Positions 38,584-51,799 of a stretch of DNA of 64,000 nucleotides are shown piece after piece (within the stretch, counting starts at the first letter, position 1; the number at the start of each line of letters is the position of its first letter). The stretch comes from Octopus vulgaris (taxonomy: Eukaryota): assembly GCA_951406725.2 (NCBI GenBank), contig OX597823.1:34782001-34846000 (forward strand), read 5' to 3'. Below the pieces are notes generated by a model. It made no database searches. It was not told where the DNA came from and worked only from the letters and a program-made list of their open reading frames with translations. The position numbers were made by a program, and so were the translations under genes.

Positions 38584-40925
38584 CATCATCATCGTTTAAC
38601 GTCCATTTTCCATGGTAGCATGGGTTTGACGGTTCAACCGGCGTCTAGAAACCAGGTGGCTATGCCAGGCTCCAGTCTGATCTGGCAGTGTTATTACAGC
38701 TGGATGCCCTTCCTAACGCCAACCACTCCGTGAGTGTAGTGGGTGCTTTTTACGTGCCACTGGCACAGGGACCAGAGGAGGCTGGCAAATGGCCATGATC
38801 GGTTGGTGTTTTTCATGTGTCACTGACACGGACGCCAGTCAGGTGGCACTGGCATCAGCCACGTTTGGATGGTGCTTTTTACATGCCACCGGCATGGGTA
38901 TCTTAACTACAATTTCCATTTGATTTTTATTTTGATGTTGGTGTTGACATACATGATTCAATAGGTCTCCTCGAGCACAGCAGGTCACTCTACGGTCCAA
39001 GGTTAGCACACGAGGCCATCCTGTAAGCCATGAACTCACTTTCTTTGTCGGGTCTTTGCAGTCACAGCATATCTCAAAGATCTCGGTCTTTCATCATTTC
39101 CTTTGTGAGACCCAACGTGCCACCGACGCGGGTATCACAACTACAATATCCATTTGATTTTTATTTTGATGTTGATGTACTTGACTCAATAGGTCTCCTG
39201 AAGCACAGCAGGTCACCCTATTTCTTTCGAGCCTACGCATGTCCTCCGCAGTCACAGCCCATGTATCACTGCCATGAAGCATGGCAGTTCACACACATGC
39301 ATCGTACAATCTACCTTTGACTCTGAGCAAGAGACCCTTTGTCGCCAGTAGAGGAAGAAACTTTCTAAACTTTGCCCAGGCATCCACCCCCACTACTAAC
39401 TTGGTCACCTAGGTAGAGGAAACTATCAACTACTTCTAGTTTCTTCCCCTGGAGTGTAATGGAATCTGTTTTCTGAGTATTTGTGGTGTCTATTGCCCCT
39501 GTGCATCTGCTGCACATGAAAGCTATCTTCTTGGTTAATTTTCCTTTGATGTTGCTGCACCTCTTATGTATCCATAGCTTACACTGGGTACATCTTATGG
39601 AGTTTCTACCTACACCCTTTCTACAGATCGAGCAGAGCCACCAACCTAAGGGTGTGTGTGGTGAGTTCGCCTTCCTACTTACTAGAACTTTGGTCTTTGC
39701 TACGTTGACTTTAAGGCCTTTTGATTCTAAACCTAGCTTCCACACACGAAATTTCTTTTCTAGTTCCAGTAGTGATTCTGCTATGAGGGCCAGGTCATCA
39801 GCATAGAGGAGCTCCCAGGGGCAACCCATCTCGAATTCCTCTGTTATTACCTGGTGGACTATGATGAATAAAAGGGGACTAAGGGCTGAACCTTGGTGGA
39901 CGCCTACTTCTACTTGGAGTTCTTCACTGTACTCATTGCCAATCCTAACCTTACTAACAGCCTCTCTGTAAGGGCCTGTACAGTCTTTATTAACCATTCG
40001 TCAATCTCCAGATTCCACATCGCCCACCAGATAAGGGATCGGGGGACCCTGTCAAAAGCTTTCTCCATGTCAATGAAAGCCAGTTACAGGGGCTTATCTT
40101 TGGCTATGTATTTCTCCTGCAGCTCTCTTACCAGGAATATAGCATCAGTAGTGCTTTTCCCCAAACTGTATCTCATCCAAGCTGACTCTCTCCCTAATGA
40201 GATGGGCTATGACCCTCTCCATGACCTTCATCACCTGATCCAGCAGTTTGATAATCCTGCAGTTATTTCTATCTAGAGCATCACCTTTACACTTGTAGCA
40301 ATTGACTATGGTGCTGCTACGCCAGTCGTTGGGTATGACTCCATCATGAACTACCTGGTTTACAATGCGGGTGACTAGGCCATAGCCCACACTATCAGCT
40401 GTTTTAAGCATCTCAGCAGTGATTCCTGATAGGCCAGGGGCTTTTCCTGGCTTCATACCCTTAATTACTTTATCAAATAGGGAGCTGTCTATACAGTCCT
40501 TCTACTGGGTCAACATTTGGCAGGCTCTCCTCCTCCCATTCATTCTCCACATTCAGCAGTCTTTCATAATGGCTTCTCCAAGCCTATTTCTTTTCAGAAT
40601 CATTAAAAGCAAGTGCACCATCATCCATACGGACACTTTTCTCTGCTGTGACATCACAATTTTCTCTCACACACTGTGTTGCAATCCGAAATACCTCAGT
40701 TCTTTGGTCCTCACATCGCTGGACATTGGCATTCTTTTCCGCTTTGCTCTTGGCTCTGTATACCTGCTGCCCAGCCTCCCTTTGGCTACCTGGTATAGTT
40801 CCCTGCTAACCCAACTCTTCCAAGCTTTCCAGGCCTGTTTCTTTGCTCTAATGGCTTTGTCTACTGTACTATTCCACCACCACATAACTCTAGGTTTGGA
40901 AGGGACTTTGCACCAGCCACAGACT
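38584..40925 (-). mobile_element. RTE LINE, 5'-truncated and defective (RT, Cys-rich insert, 3' UTR)
   Basis: WWWNSTVDKAI, KAPG, GVHQGSALSPLLF, LLYADDLAL, FLYLG and LHGSDTW motifs, plus a GAT tail. Confidence 0.92.
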
Positions 40926-40980
40926 TATATATACATATTAATTTATGTATATATTTATATATAATATATTAATTTATATA

Positions 40981-41018
<38 letters not shown>

Positions 41019-41023
<5 letters not shown>

Positions 41024-41186
41024 GAAAGAATAGAGCTGAACGACGATTTAACAAAATTCCTTTATTCTCGACATATGTTTCGAAGACTGCATATTCCTTC
41101 GAAATTAGGAATATGCAGTCTTCGAAACATATGTCGAGAATAAAGGAATTTTGTTAAATCGTCGTTCAACTCCATTCTTTCATTTA
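41019..41186. repeat. Near-perfect palindrome (~80-bp arms, 8-nt loop) containing an HHR 3' half
   Basis: Arms 41019-41098 and 41107-41186. GAAAC-atat-GTC at 41124-41135. Abuts a (TA)n tract. Confidence 0.85.
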
Positions 41187-41828
41187 TTTGTATTAAAAAA
41201 CACACAAATTTCCACACGAAAGCACGGGATCTCTGCCCTTGACATGTAGCTTCAACCGTGTTTTTCTGACGTGAATTTGCTACCCAGGTATCGGTTAACC
41301 GAATTATCCATACTAGGATAATTCATTCAACTACTTAAATATATATATATATATATATTAATTTCTGATATGTATACGATATTGTAAGACTGATAAGGTT
41401 TTAGGTTTCAACCTAAATTGGATTATCAATTCATATTTATCATTGATGTAAGTCTTCCGTTGACTTAGTGGTAGGATGCATGTACAAGATTTGAACATGT
41501 TGTGCATTAGCGTCCTATTTAAAGCAATATGAAGCTAAGAACTTCTCTCGTTTATAGAGATATTTATTATCCCCATGTGGAAATGATATTATGTGGAAGG
41601 TCTTCCCCAGACCAGGAGAGCAAGTCTTGCAACACAGATATGTAGTTGCTATGATACTAATCAAGACAAAGCATCGAAATTGATTTTTTTTTCATTTGCC
41701 AACACTACACTTGTACAAAATATGTATATACGTATGTATGTATGTATGTATGTATGTATGTATGTATGTATGTATGTATGTATGTATGTATGCATGTATG
41801 TATGCATGTGTGTATGTATGTATGTATA

Positions 41829-41864
<36 letters not shown>

Positions 41865-42055
41865 TGTATGTATGTATGCATTGATGTATGTATTTATGTT
41901 TGTAGGTATGGAATATATATATACATATATATATATATATACATACACATATACATACATACACATATGAGTTTGTATATATATGTATATGTATATCTAT
42001 ATATACATACATACATTTATCTATGTATATGTATATGTGTATGTATACATATATG

Positions 42056-42091
<36 letters not shown>

Positions 42092-42098
<7 letters not shown>

Positions 42099-42185
42099 GG
42101 CTTAGTAAAATAAATTATTTGCCGCATACTGAACTCATTAGAGTTCAGTATGCGAAAGTAATTTATTTTACTAAGCCCTTTTATA
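42092..42185. repeat. Palindrome with ~45-bp arms, abutting (TA)n
   Basis: aaagggcttagtaaaataaatta...cgcatactgaactc-atta-gagttcagtatgcg...taatttattttactaagcccttt. Confidence 0.85.
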
Positions 42186-42276
42186 TAATGTAATAATTTG
42201 AATTCGCCTTAAATGGTCCCTTTGTATACTGAATATATAAAATTGATTAATTAATTAATTTTACCCTCAATTGTTG

Positions 42277-42337
<61 letters not shown>

Positions 42338-42949
42338 CATATAATGTATATATAGTTATACGTATACATATATATATATATACATATACACATACATACT
42401 CCTATGTGTATGTATGTATGTACTGATATTATCAGTACAATCAGCAGCAGCAGAAATCTTTTTTCTGACTAATTTGGATATTGAATTTTGATAAGCAGAG
42501 CAAGATGAGAAGAAAAATGCACTTATGATGAAAGATGGTTCTGTTCGAATCTATATAGTTCTCACTTCCCTCAATAGAAATCAATTGAATTATGTTGATT
42601 GAACTGTTGGCTTACAGCAATGTTGTTAACGAATGTGTTACTGACGTGTCGTTACTCTAGCTTCTTGACTTAAACCTCTCCTAATTGAGTGATCATAAGA
42701 TTAATGCAGTGTATGAGTTAATGCCCAGCTTAGATGTTGGGGAGGAGAAATAAAGTTAGAATCAGTTTAAGTCAACAAGCTAATTGCAACTGTTAATTGA
42801 GCCCATTGTAATTCATCTAGGTCACTAATACTCTTGGAAAAAAACATATGATTAATATATACTCTAATTTTCATATAGATTAATGTACTTATACACATAA
42901 ACATGGGACCAGTGAAAAGGAAAATATGAAGGCACTTGACCATAACAAA

Positions 42950-43075
42950 TGATGAAGACAAGTGTATTCTCTACAAGTAAAGGTAGAGATGATCAAGCAA
43001 GCACATGAAAGTGGAAACTTCACTGCTGTGGCTCGTAAGTTTGGTGTCAATGAATCTGCCATCCATTCCATTTAC
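42950..43075 (+). pseudogene. pogo/Tigger (CENP-B-like) N-terminal HTH fragment
   Basis: RQVYSLQVKVEMIKQAHESGNFTAVARKFGVNESAIHSI. Confidence 0.65.
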
Positions 43076-43939
43076 TAAGTGCATCAAGATGATTCATTTA
43101 TCACTGATTCGTTTATCACTGTCTTTGTTTGGAACTAAATGCTCATAATAAGCAAGGAGAGATGTATTAGGTAAGGGATTTGGCTAAAGAAATCTTTAAT
43201 ATGAGACTTTTTATTAATTTTTTTATTAATTTTAAATGGCTTAATTAGGAGAGGAAGGTCAGCTACCATGTCCCCATGTCCCAAATATCGGTGGAAGAAG
43301 GAATTATCAATTATCAACAACAGGAGCAGCTTTGGTGATCAATGCTTCTGAAACAAACCTACATGCAGTGAAAAGATATCTAACTGAATGCTAAAAAAAA
43401 TAGATCCATGAGCTCAGCTCTGTAGTACAAATATCTTGTTTTCACAAGTTTTGAATTAAAATCTTCCACCAAACCTTAGTTACAATTCATGTTCCTAACA
43501 CTAACTGAATGATAACTAAGTTATTTTACTAAATTCTTTGTTATATCTAAAATTAATTGGAAGAAACACAGAGCCTCTCAAAATAAAGACAGTAACGAAA
43601 GAGTTAATCAAGAAATACATGACATTTTTCACCATGCAGCAGATGGCTAGTTGTACGATAACAATGACAGTTTGTTTTTATTACTTTTACTGTAGGTTGT
43701 TCAAGGTGTTTGTGAAGGTTGGGAAACAAAAGAGAAACAAAATGTTTGTCAATGAATGAGACTTTATATGATTTGACAAAGAAAACTTGTACCTGACACA
43801 GAAACCAGTAATGAAATCAATAAACATTTTATGTTAGTCTATAGGATACTGCCTCAAATTATTTCCTCTTTACTTTTACTAACACTTTTTAACAAACCTT
43901 TGTTACAATGCAATGCCTGCAACCCATTTTTAATGACCA

Positions 43940-44190
43940 TATGAAGGTCAGCTTGAAAAGTTCATAGGCTGACCAAGATACTCTCATGGAATATGACCAA
44001 ATGAGGTTTATTTTTCAACATAGTCCCCTTTGCAGTCCACACACTTCTTCATTGGTCTTGTAGCGCTTGGATTCCATTGGTGAAGAAACTTTCATCCTGT
44101 TCATCAAAAAAGTCATCAACAGCAGATATGACATCATCATCACTGTGATACTGGTTCCCAACCAAGTGCTTTTTCATGTTGAGGAATAGA
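43940..44190 (-). pseudogene. mariner 3' end fragment
   Basis: LFLNMKKHLVGNQYHSDDDVISAVDDFFDEQDESFFTNGIQAL...GDYVEK. Confidence 0.8.
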
Positions 44191-44281
44191 TATATATATA
44201 TATATTGGAAAATTGAGCACAAACACCCTGCTGAAATGAATTAATAAGCCCACATATAACATCTAAGGGTATATCTTTTTG

Positions 44282-44378
44282 CCTCTGAAGAAATTACACT
44301 AATGTCACATAAATGTAAAAATTTAATGTACAAATTTGTAATTAAATTATTGAGTATTAATTGAAACAGCTGTAAGAA
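44282..44378 (+). ncRNA. Hammerhead-like motif with a long AT-rich stem II loop
   Basis: ct-CTGAAGA-aatta...taatt-GAAA-cagct-GTA-ag, lying between TA microsatellites. Confidence 0.5.
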
Positions 44379-44849
44379 GTGAAGATGACCAATTTGTTGT
44401 TGATAATAAACAATTATCAACTTCCTAATCTTCATTTTCTTTTCTTCTTTTATATATGTATATGTGTGTGTGTATGTGTGTATTTGTGTATATACATACA
44501 TAGATACATACAAATTGAGAGACTGGTAAAACAGTGTAGTGGATGTGCTATGGCAGCAAAGACACCCCCAGATGATGAAATAGACTAGCCCAATACTTAG
44601 ATATAGAGGGAGAAGCCTAGACATCAAGAGAGCAGAGAGGAGTTGAGTAGAGGTCATCCGAACATGCGACATAACATAGACATACTCTGAATGTAATTCT
44701 ATATAAATCTTTAATATTTTTTTTTATACTTAAGACCATCAGAAATGTTAAGATATCATCCTCTACCCACGTTGTCATGCTTTGATTAAAAGGCATAGAT
44801 TAGATTAATTAGATAAGTTTCGGTCGAAGTTGACTCAGGTCATGTCTAA

Positions 44850-45290
44850 TTTAATAGCACCACCTGGAAGGGATACACAGTCAGCTCTGGTAAACCGTAG
44901 CCCATTCAAGCAGAGGGTTATTGTTTTCAGAGACATATCTGGGTGTGGGTGGTTTATCTGGTATTTATTGGGGGTAATCATCTAGGGTTCATTTGAATGC
45001 CATGAAGTCACTTTCCTCCTTTAAGTGTGTCTGACACGATGTTGAAGAGAGCAGGGCCAATTGAGGTGAAATAGTTCTGTCATAGTGTTGTGATACGACA
45101 CGAACATTTCTGTGGTGGACAGATGGCACGGGGGCCAAACCTCGGAGGAATTTTAAAGATGGGCAATGTTGATGGAATATTTTCCACATCATACAGATGA
45201 TATAGAGCTCACAGCAGTGGTGGAGGGAGCAAAGCCTGAGCTTTTTGAGTCGATCCCAATAGTCAAGGCTTGTCATGTCATCCACTGCAG
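44850..45290 (-). pseudogene. CR1-like LINE ORF2 3' fragment
   Basis: LDYWDRLKKLRLCSL...YIICMMWKI. Confidence 0.7.
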
Positions 45291-46049
45291 ACCTCCACCA
45301 AGCGGTACATTTTAAGACAGATACGCGAGTAAAATTGCTATCACCATTTCACTTGTTTGCAAAAAAAATGTGAAGCTGAAAGAACACCTAAAAGACGGTC
45401 TCTTTGCAAACCTTACATGGATATATTAATGGTAGGGACGACATATAGAGATAGATAAAATAATTCTTCCCAGAAGATGTGAGCTGAGGTTTGATACCTT
45501 ATGAGTGATGCCTTTGGAAATCCAAAAGAAAAAGAAACCAGACTCCAAGTAAGAACCATTTTTGTTTTCTTTTTATCTTCCTTTCAGTAGCAACAATGAT
45601 ACAGTTATCAATGTCCAAAGTAGGTGGGGTTTTATTATTATTATCATATATATATATATATATATATATACATATTATTATTATTGTATATACATATATG
45701 TATACGTTTGTGTGTCTGTATTTGTCCCCCCAAAATCCCTTGACAACAGATGCCGGTGTGTTTACGTCCCTGTCACTTAGCAGTTCTGCAAGAGAGACCA
45801 ATAGAATAAGTATTAGGCTTACAAAGAATAAGTCCTGGAGTCGATTTGCTTGACTAAAGGTGGTGCTCTAGCATGGCCGCAATCAAATGACTGAAATAAA
45901 TAAAAGAAAAGAAAAGAATAATAGAGAAACGAAAATAAACTTTGGAATCAGCAATGCCACCATAGGTTACGTGGAAACGATGAACGTGTTTTCAAGGGAG
46001 ATAATCAAAGAATGTAACATTGTAATACTTCATGTAAAGTAAATATAAC

Positions 46050-46251
46050 AAATGAAAAATCGTTCAAGAATCCATAAAAATTCCCAGATCACTACCAAAA
46101 TTTTGTCATCTGTTCATTGTATCATTACCAACTTTTCCTGCAAGTTTCATCAAATACCATTTGCAACTTTCCGAATTATTTTGCACACAGATGGACAGAC
46201 AGACAAACCAGCACCAATGAAAACGTAACCTCCTTCCTTGGCGGAGGTAAT
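46050..46251 (+). mobile_element. Helentron-associated (HINE/DINE-like) terminal fragment
   Basis: aagtttcatcaaa...gacagacagacaaac...terminal hairpin acctcc-ttccttggc-ggaggt-aa. Confidence 0.55.
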
Positions 46252-46984
46252 AATGCTTTAAGATAAAAGCAGATGGTAATCAAAATAAAGTTAGTTTAAA
46301 GAATCTCTGTGTGTATATTAATACATATGAGTTTATAATGTACAGACGACAACAGAACATCTTCCCTTAGGTTTTTTAGATTGCACCTTGCTGCTACTGA
46401 GGTTAAGCAGCCTGGTAGCTAATGTTTTACCAGCTTTTTCTCAGTTAATTATCTTGGTTTGGACTGGTGGATACCATGTGTTTGTTGTTGAGAATTTAAC
46501 AAGAAAGGTGAACCTGGGAGGTTATTGCCTTTCTTTTTTTTCTTGTCACACCGTGTATTTATACACACACATATGTATACATACCATTCATTTAGATACA
46601 TATATGTACATACTTAAATGTATACACATATATGCACTTGAAGTCTAAGACACATGTTGACAGGACACTTGAAGAGATCCAAAATTTGGACACCAAAACT
46701 AGGATGTTAGCACTGGTAACTTCCACATCAATACTACCACTAACAAGATCTAGGGGTGGTGGGTGAGGCACACGGTCAGTCCAGATGGTCTTTAGATGCC
46801 ACTTTGTATTAATCAACACCTACTGAATAGCAAAGAGAGAAATGAATATATTCCATGGAAGTTGGACAGTGAAATAGCATCATGGGCTTAGATGAAGCAC
46901 CAATGAAGAATATTTTCTGCACCAACAAAATAACATCCAAACCTGTCACACCAACCACACTGTCAAATATCTATGTCTTTATTG

Positions 46985-47185
46985 TCCACAGGGAACTAAA
47001 CATAGAGGGGACAAACAAGGACAGACAAAGGGATTAAGTCGATTACATCGACCCCAATGCATAACTGCATTATTTAATCGACCCTGAAAGGATGAAAGGC
47101 AAAGTTGACCTCAGTGGAATTTGAACACAGAAGGTAACAGCAGATGATATACAGCTAAGCATTTTGCCCAGCGTGCTAATGATTC
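46985..47185 (-). mobile_element. SINE family B (long-tail variant)
   Basis: ctaaacatagaggggacaaac...gaaaggatgaaaggcaaagttgacc...gaatttgaac. Confidence 0.8.
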
Positions 47186-49230
47186 TGGTGCACCCCTACC
47201 TCTACCCTGAATTCTTCAGTGTACTCGTTGCCAACCCTCACCTTACTGACAGTGTCCTTGATGCGTCCCTGCATGAGTCTCACTAACCATTCATCTATCC
47301 CTAGTTTCCTCATTGACCACCAGATAAGGGATTGGGGGACCCTGTCAAAGGTTTTCTCCATGTCAACGAAAGCCAGGTAGAGGGGCTTATCTTTGGCTAG
47401 GTATTTCTCCTGCAGCTGTCTTACCAGAAATATAGCATTAGTGGCACTTTTCCCTGGGATGAAACCAAACTGCATCTCATCCAAACTGACTCTTTCCCTA
47501 ATTAGTTGGGCTATGACCCTCTCCATGACCTTCATTACCTGATCCAACAGCTTGATACCTCTGTAATTATTTGTATCTAAAGCGTCACCTTTACCTTTGT
47601 AGCAGTTGACTATTATGCAGCTACACTAGTCATTGGGTATGACTCCTTCATGTATCACCTGGTTAACTATATGGGTGACTAGGCTATAGCCAACACTGCC
47701 AGATATTTTGAGCATCTCTGCAGTAATTCCTGTTTGGCCGGGGGCTTTCCCTGTCTTCATACTTTTAATTGCTTTATCTACCAAGGTACTGTCAACTCAG
47801 ATAGCTGGTTCCTCTGTTGGGTCGACATTCGGCAGACTCTCTTTCTCCCATTCATTTTCTTTATTGAGCAACCTTTCATAATGGCATCTCCAAACCTCTC
47901 TCTTTGCACCCTCATTTAGCGCAAGTGAGCCATCATCCATGTGAACACATTTCTCTCCTACAACATCACGATTCTCTCTCACACACTGTCTTGCAAAACG
48001 AAATACCTCAAGTCTTTGGTCCTCACGGTGCAGAACATTGGCAAATTTTTTTCTTATCTGCTTCCCCTCTGGCTAAATAAACCTGTCTCTTCCTCTTTTG
48101 GTAGTCTGATACAATTCCCTGCTACCACCATTTTTCCAGTCCTTCCAAGCCTGTTTCTTTTCTCTAATAGCTCTGTCAACAACATTGTTCCACCACCTCG
48201 TCATTTTCGGTCGAGAGGGAACATTGCACCATCCACAGATCTGGTCAGTGACCCATAACAGGTTGTCCCATAGAAACCTCCAGTTGTCTTCTATATCGTG
48301 TGAAGCTATATCCCCTTCTATTTCATCAAAGGCTTCGATTAATATGTCTCTAAATCTCTGTCCGTTTGCCAGATCTTTAAGTCTCCAGACCCTTCTTCTC
48401 CTTGCTGGTCATCTTCTGGGCATACATTTAGCCCTGATCCTGAAGTCACTAATTACCAGTCTATGTTGTGGGGTACATTCTTCGCCTGGGAAGGTTTTGA
48501 CATTTATAAGCAGCCATCTTTCCCTTTTTCTGGTGAGGATGTAGTCAATTTGACTAGTGCGTCTGCCCGAGTGGTAGGTGACTAGGTGACTGGCAGGTTT
48601 TCTGAAGTTCATATTGCAGACCATAAGATCAATTGCATCGCAGAACTCTAGCAGCCTGGTTCCCCCCTCATTGCGAGAGCCAAAACCATAGCCTCCATGT
48701 ATGCCATGGACGCCCCCAACATGTCATCCAACATGTCCATTGAAGTCACCAGCCACAAAGAGAAGGTCCCTGTCATTTGTCAACGTGGTAGTCTGCAAGA
48801 AGGTGTCATAGAATCGGTCTTTCTGTCCATCGGATAGCCCTGGCTGAGGGGCATAGGCTGAGATAATGGTTGCTAACCCATGATGGAGCACTAATCTAAT
48901 CTTAAGTATTCTGTCGCATACTCTGACTACCTCAATTACTTTATCTACCCATTTCTCCACAAGAAGTATACCCACACCCCCAACCCCACCAGTGTTCCCT
49001 GCCCAGAAAATCTTGTACCTGTGTTCTTTGCCTGTGAGAAACCTAGCAGAACCCCCTCTCCACCTTACTTCTTGGATGCAGCACATATCAACACATCTCC
49101 ATTCAAGCATCTCAACAATCTCACCAGACCTACCTTTCAGTGTGCCGACGTTGAGAGTGCCAACCCTGAGGGTGTGGGAGGTATGGGCCCTTGAGACCTT
49201 AGGACAGGGGACAGTGGCGTCATGTACCTG
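47186..49230 (-). mobile_element. RTE LINE 5' part: APE endonuclease to RT, defective and 3'-truncated
   Basis: LRVGTLNVGTL, IQEVRW, ISAYAPQ, AGDFNGHVG, QIDYIL, HRLV, QFGF and AFVDMEKTFDRVP motifs. Confidence 0.92.
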
Positions 49231-49261
49231 AAAAGAGAGCTCGCATTTGTATACCTGAAAA

Positions 49262-49307
<46 letters not shown>

Positions 49308-51251
49308 AAAGAGAGAGATTAAGTTAAGAGAAAAAGAGAAGGGTAAGGAGCAAGTTATTTGTGCACACATTTGAATGCAGGTGTTTTTCTGAGTGATTAT
49401 AGTATACATGCATGTTTTATAAGTGTGTTTATATGCACGCCAAATGCAAAATGATTACTATAGCATATCAGTTAAAGCAAACAAAGAACATTGTTCTGTT
49501 GTGTTTCAACCAGGTACACAAACGTGTATGCTTCTTTGCAGCCTGACTGTAACATTGTACAATACAATGGTGATCTTCATTCACAATGGGGATTTTATCA
49601 TCAGAACAAAGGATGTCTTTGTCAATCAAAGAGTTGCGTCTGTTTCATATAACTATAACATACATCAGATGATCTTTATTGCTGTTCAAGTATATTTTAG
49701 GCCCTTGTTCTTCATTGTTGACTTGAGATCATTGGTTAACTTTGTTAATAAATTATTATTAATCAATGATATTCATTTAAGTTATTCAGGTCAATTGCAG
49801 CCATGAAAGTAAGCAGCGTATTGATTAACCGGTTGCTGAGTCCTGTGCTTCTATCTTATTATTGGTAAGATGTTCTGCCCTGAGCTAAAATAGTTACCAT
49901 TTAGTGAGCCAGAGATAGATTCAATGCATCGGTCATCATTGTTTTATAATCAGTAATCACTCATGAATATTATATAAATAACAAGATGCAGGTGAGGCTG
50001 TGTGAGTAAGAAGCTTGCTTTATGGGGTCTTAGGTTTACTTGCACAGCACAGCATCTTGGGCAAATGTCTTCTACTATAACCCCAGGCCAACCAAAGCTT
50101 TAAGAGTAGATTTGGTATAGGGAAACTGAAAGAGGCCTGTCATACATGTGTATGTATGCATAGGTGTGTGAGCACATGTATGTGTACATTTGAGCATTTG
50201 TGTGGGAGTGGGGGTGGGTGCATATGTGACATTTTTTTATGTTATAATGTAGACATCTTCATCTACTTGCATGCTATTGTCGGCACTGTAATATTCTTAT
50301 TGCCACTATTATGTTGCAGCAGTATTCTGCCTCTAATTATCTTTGACTCGTCTATTGTGCTATTGCTGATAGCTCCACATGACAATGACTTTGTAATGTC
50401 TACCTTGACGGTAACTCAAACACGTATATATCACATAACTGACACTGACTCTAACTGGACTCGTGCAACGACTCTACTACTACTGACCTCCTACAACAAC
50501 TGACTGTCTGACTTTATAGTGGCCATGTCATACCACTTTGTCACAAGGGAAGGGAATACTATTTTCACTACAACACTTTCTTTACTCTGCTCTGGAAAGC
50601 CTTATGTTGTGTATAGTAAAGTTTATGGAAACATACTTTCTGTCAAGAACATGACAGCATGTTAAACAAGGGTGAAAATTTAGGCAATGAAATTCCAAAC
50701 AGATTACAAAAGAGATGGATATTTTTTTGGAAAATTACTATCTTCATTATGGTCTCAACAATATATAAAAATGACATTAACCTATTTTAAAAACATGCAT
50801 TTTGTTTTGTTGTAGGGCTGTGAATATGGGCATTATTTTCCTGTCATTTTAAACAATTTAAGCATTTTCTGCCAAAGTGTTTTCAATAAATTTTGCATAT
50901 ATTAGTGGTGCTCCAGCATGACCACAGATGCATGGCTGAAACGAGTAAAAGAGTATATCTTAGAAAGAGTATGAGTGGTCTTGATGCTTTGATGTAAGGA
51001 ATAAGCAGAGGTCTCTTGTGATTTAAACAGACTAAGGTTGTCAAAAGAATTCATAAGTCTGTTTTCTGTGGAGAACTATGTTCTAGGAAAATACCCTTTC
51101 ACAAATAAAGTTAAGACACATACCCTGCTTTAAGTTCAATCTGAAAATGGTGGAGAGTTGAGAAGAAAATGCACTGGATTGGGTATCATGGAGAAAATAT
51201 ACATCCAATATATCCAAGCATTTTTGAAAAGAATTACATTAAACAGGAAAA

Positions 51252-51400
51252 AATTGAAATAAGACCCTAAAAAAGGAAACCCTTGGATATAGTCTCTTCA
51301 TATGTTCACTTTGTAAATGCATTTTTTAATTGAAATAAGACCCTAAAAAAGGAAACCCTTGGATATAGTCTCTTCATATGTTCACTTTGTAAATGCATTT
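51252..51400. repeat. Tandem duplication, ~76-bp unit
   Basis: aattgaaataagaccc...gtaaatgcattt occurs twice, essentially identical. Confidence 0.9.
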
Positions 51401-51542
51401 ATCTTTTTTAAGTTGGTTACCTAGTTGTGTAACAACCATTGTCTTTTTATTGGCGGTTTGAAGAGACATAAGTCTGTACTCAATATCAGTTATCAGAATT
51501 CTTTGAGGCATTCAAATGAAAAAAAAAAACATTTATGTAATA

Positions 51543-51799
51543 CAGTTCTATATTTAAGAGATGAGGAATTATGTACATTATTTACATTATTTACATCTGA
51601 CAGATATTAGTCCTCATCTTGTTTGTTGTTAGCACAATGTTTCGGCTGATATACCCTCCAGCCTTAGGAATGAGAACTCATGTTCGAAATTTCCCCAAGA
51701 CACCTGATGAAGGTTGGAGGTTATATCAGCCGAAACATTGTGCTAACAACAAACAAGATGAGGACAAATATCCGTCAAATGTAAATAATGTAAATAATG
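51543..51799 (+). mobile_element. Second copy of the hammerhead-containing fold-back element, 5'-truncated, with a 13-bp TSD
   Basis: TSD catttatgtaata at 51530-51542 and 51800-51812. gacac-CTGATGA (51704-51710)...cagcc-GAAAC (51732-51736). Confidence 0.85.

Noticed and set aside
50392-50572. Possible solo LTR (TGTA...TACA)
   Set aside because: No matching TSD on the flanks.
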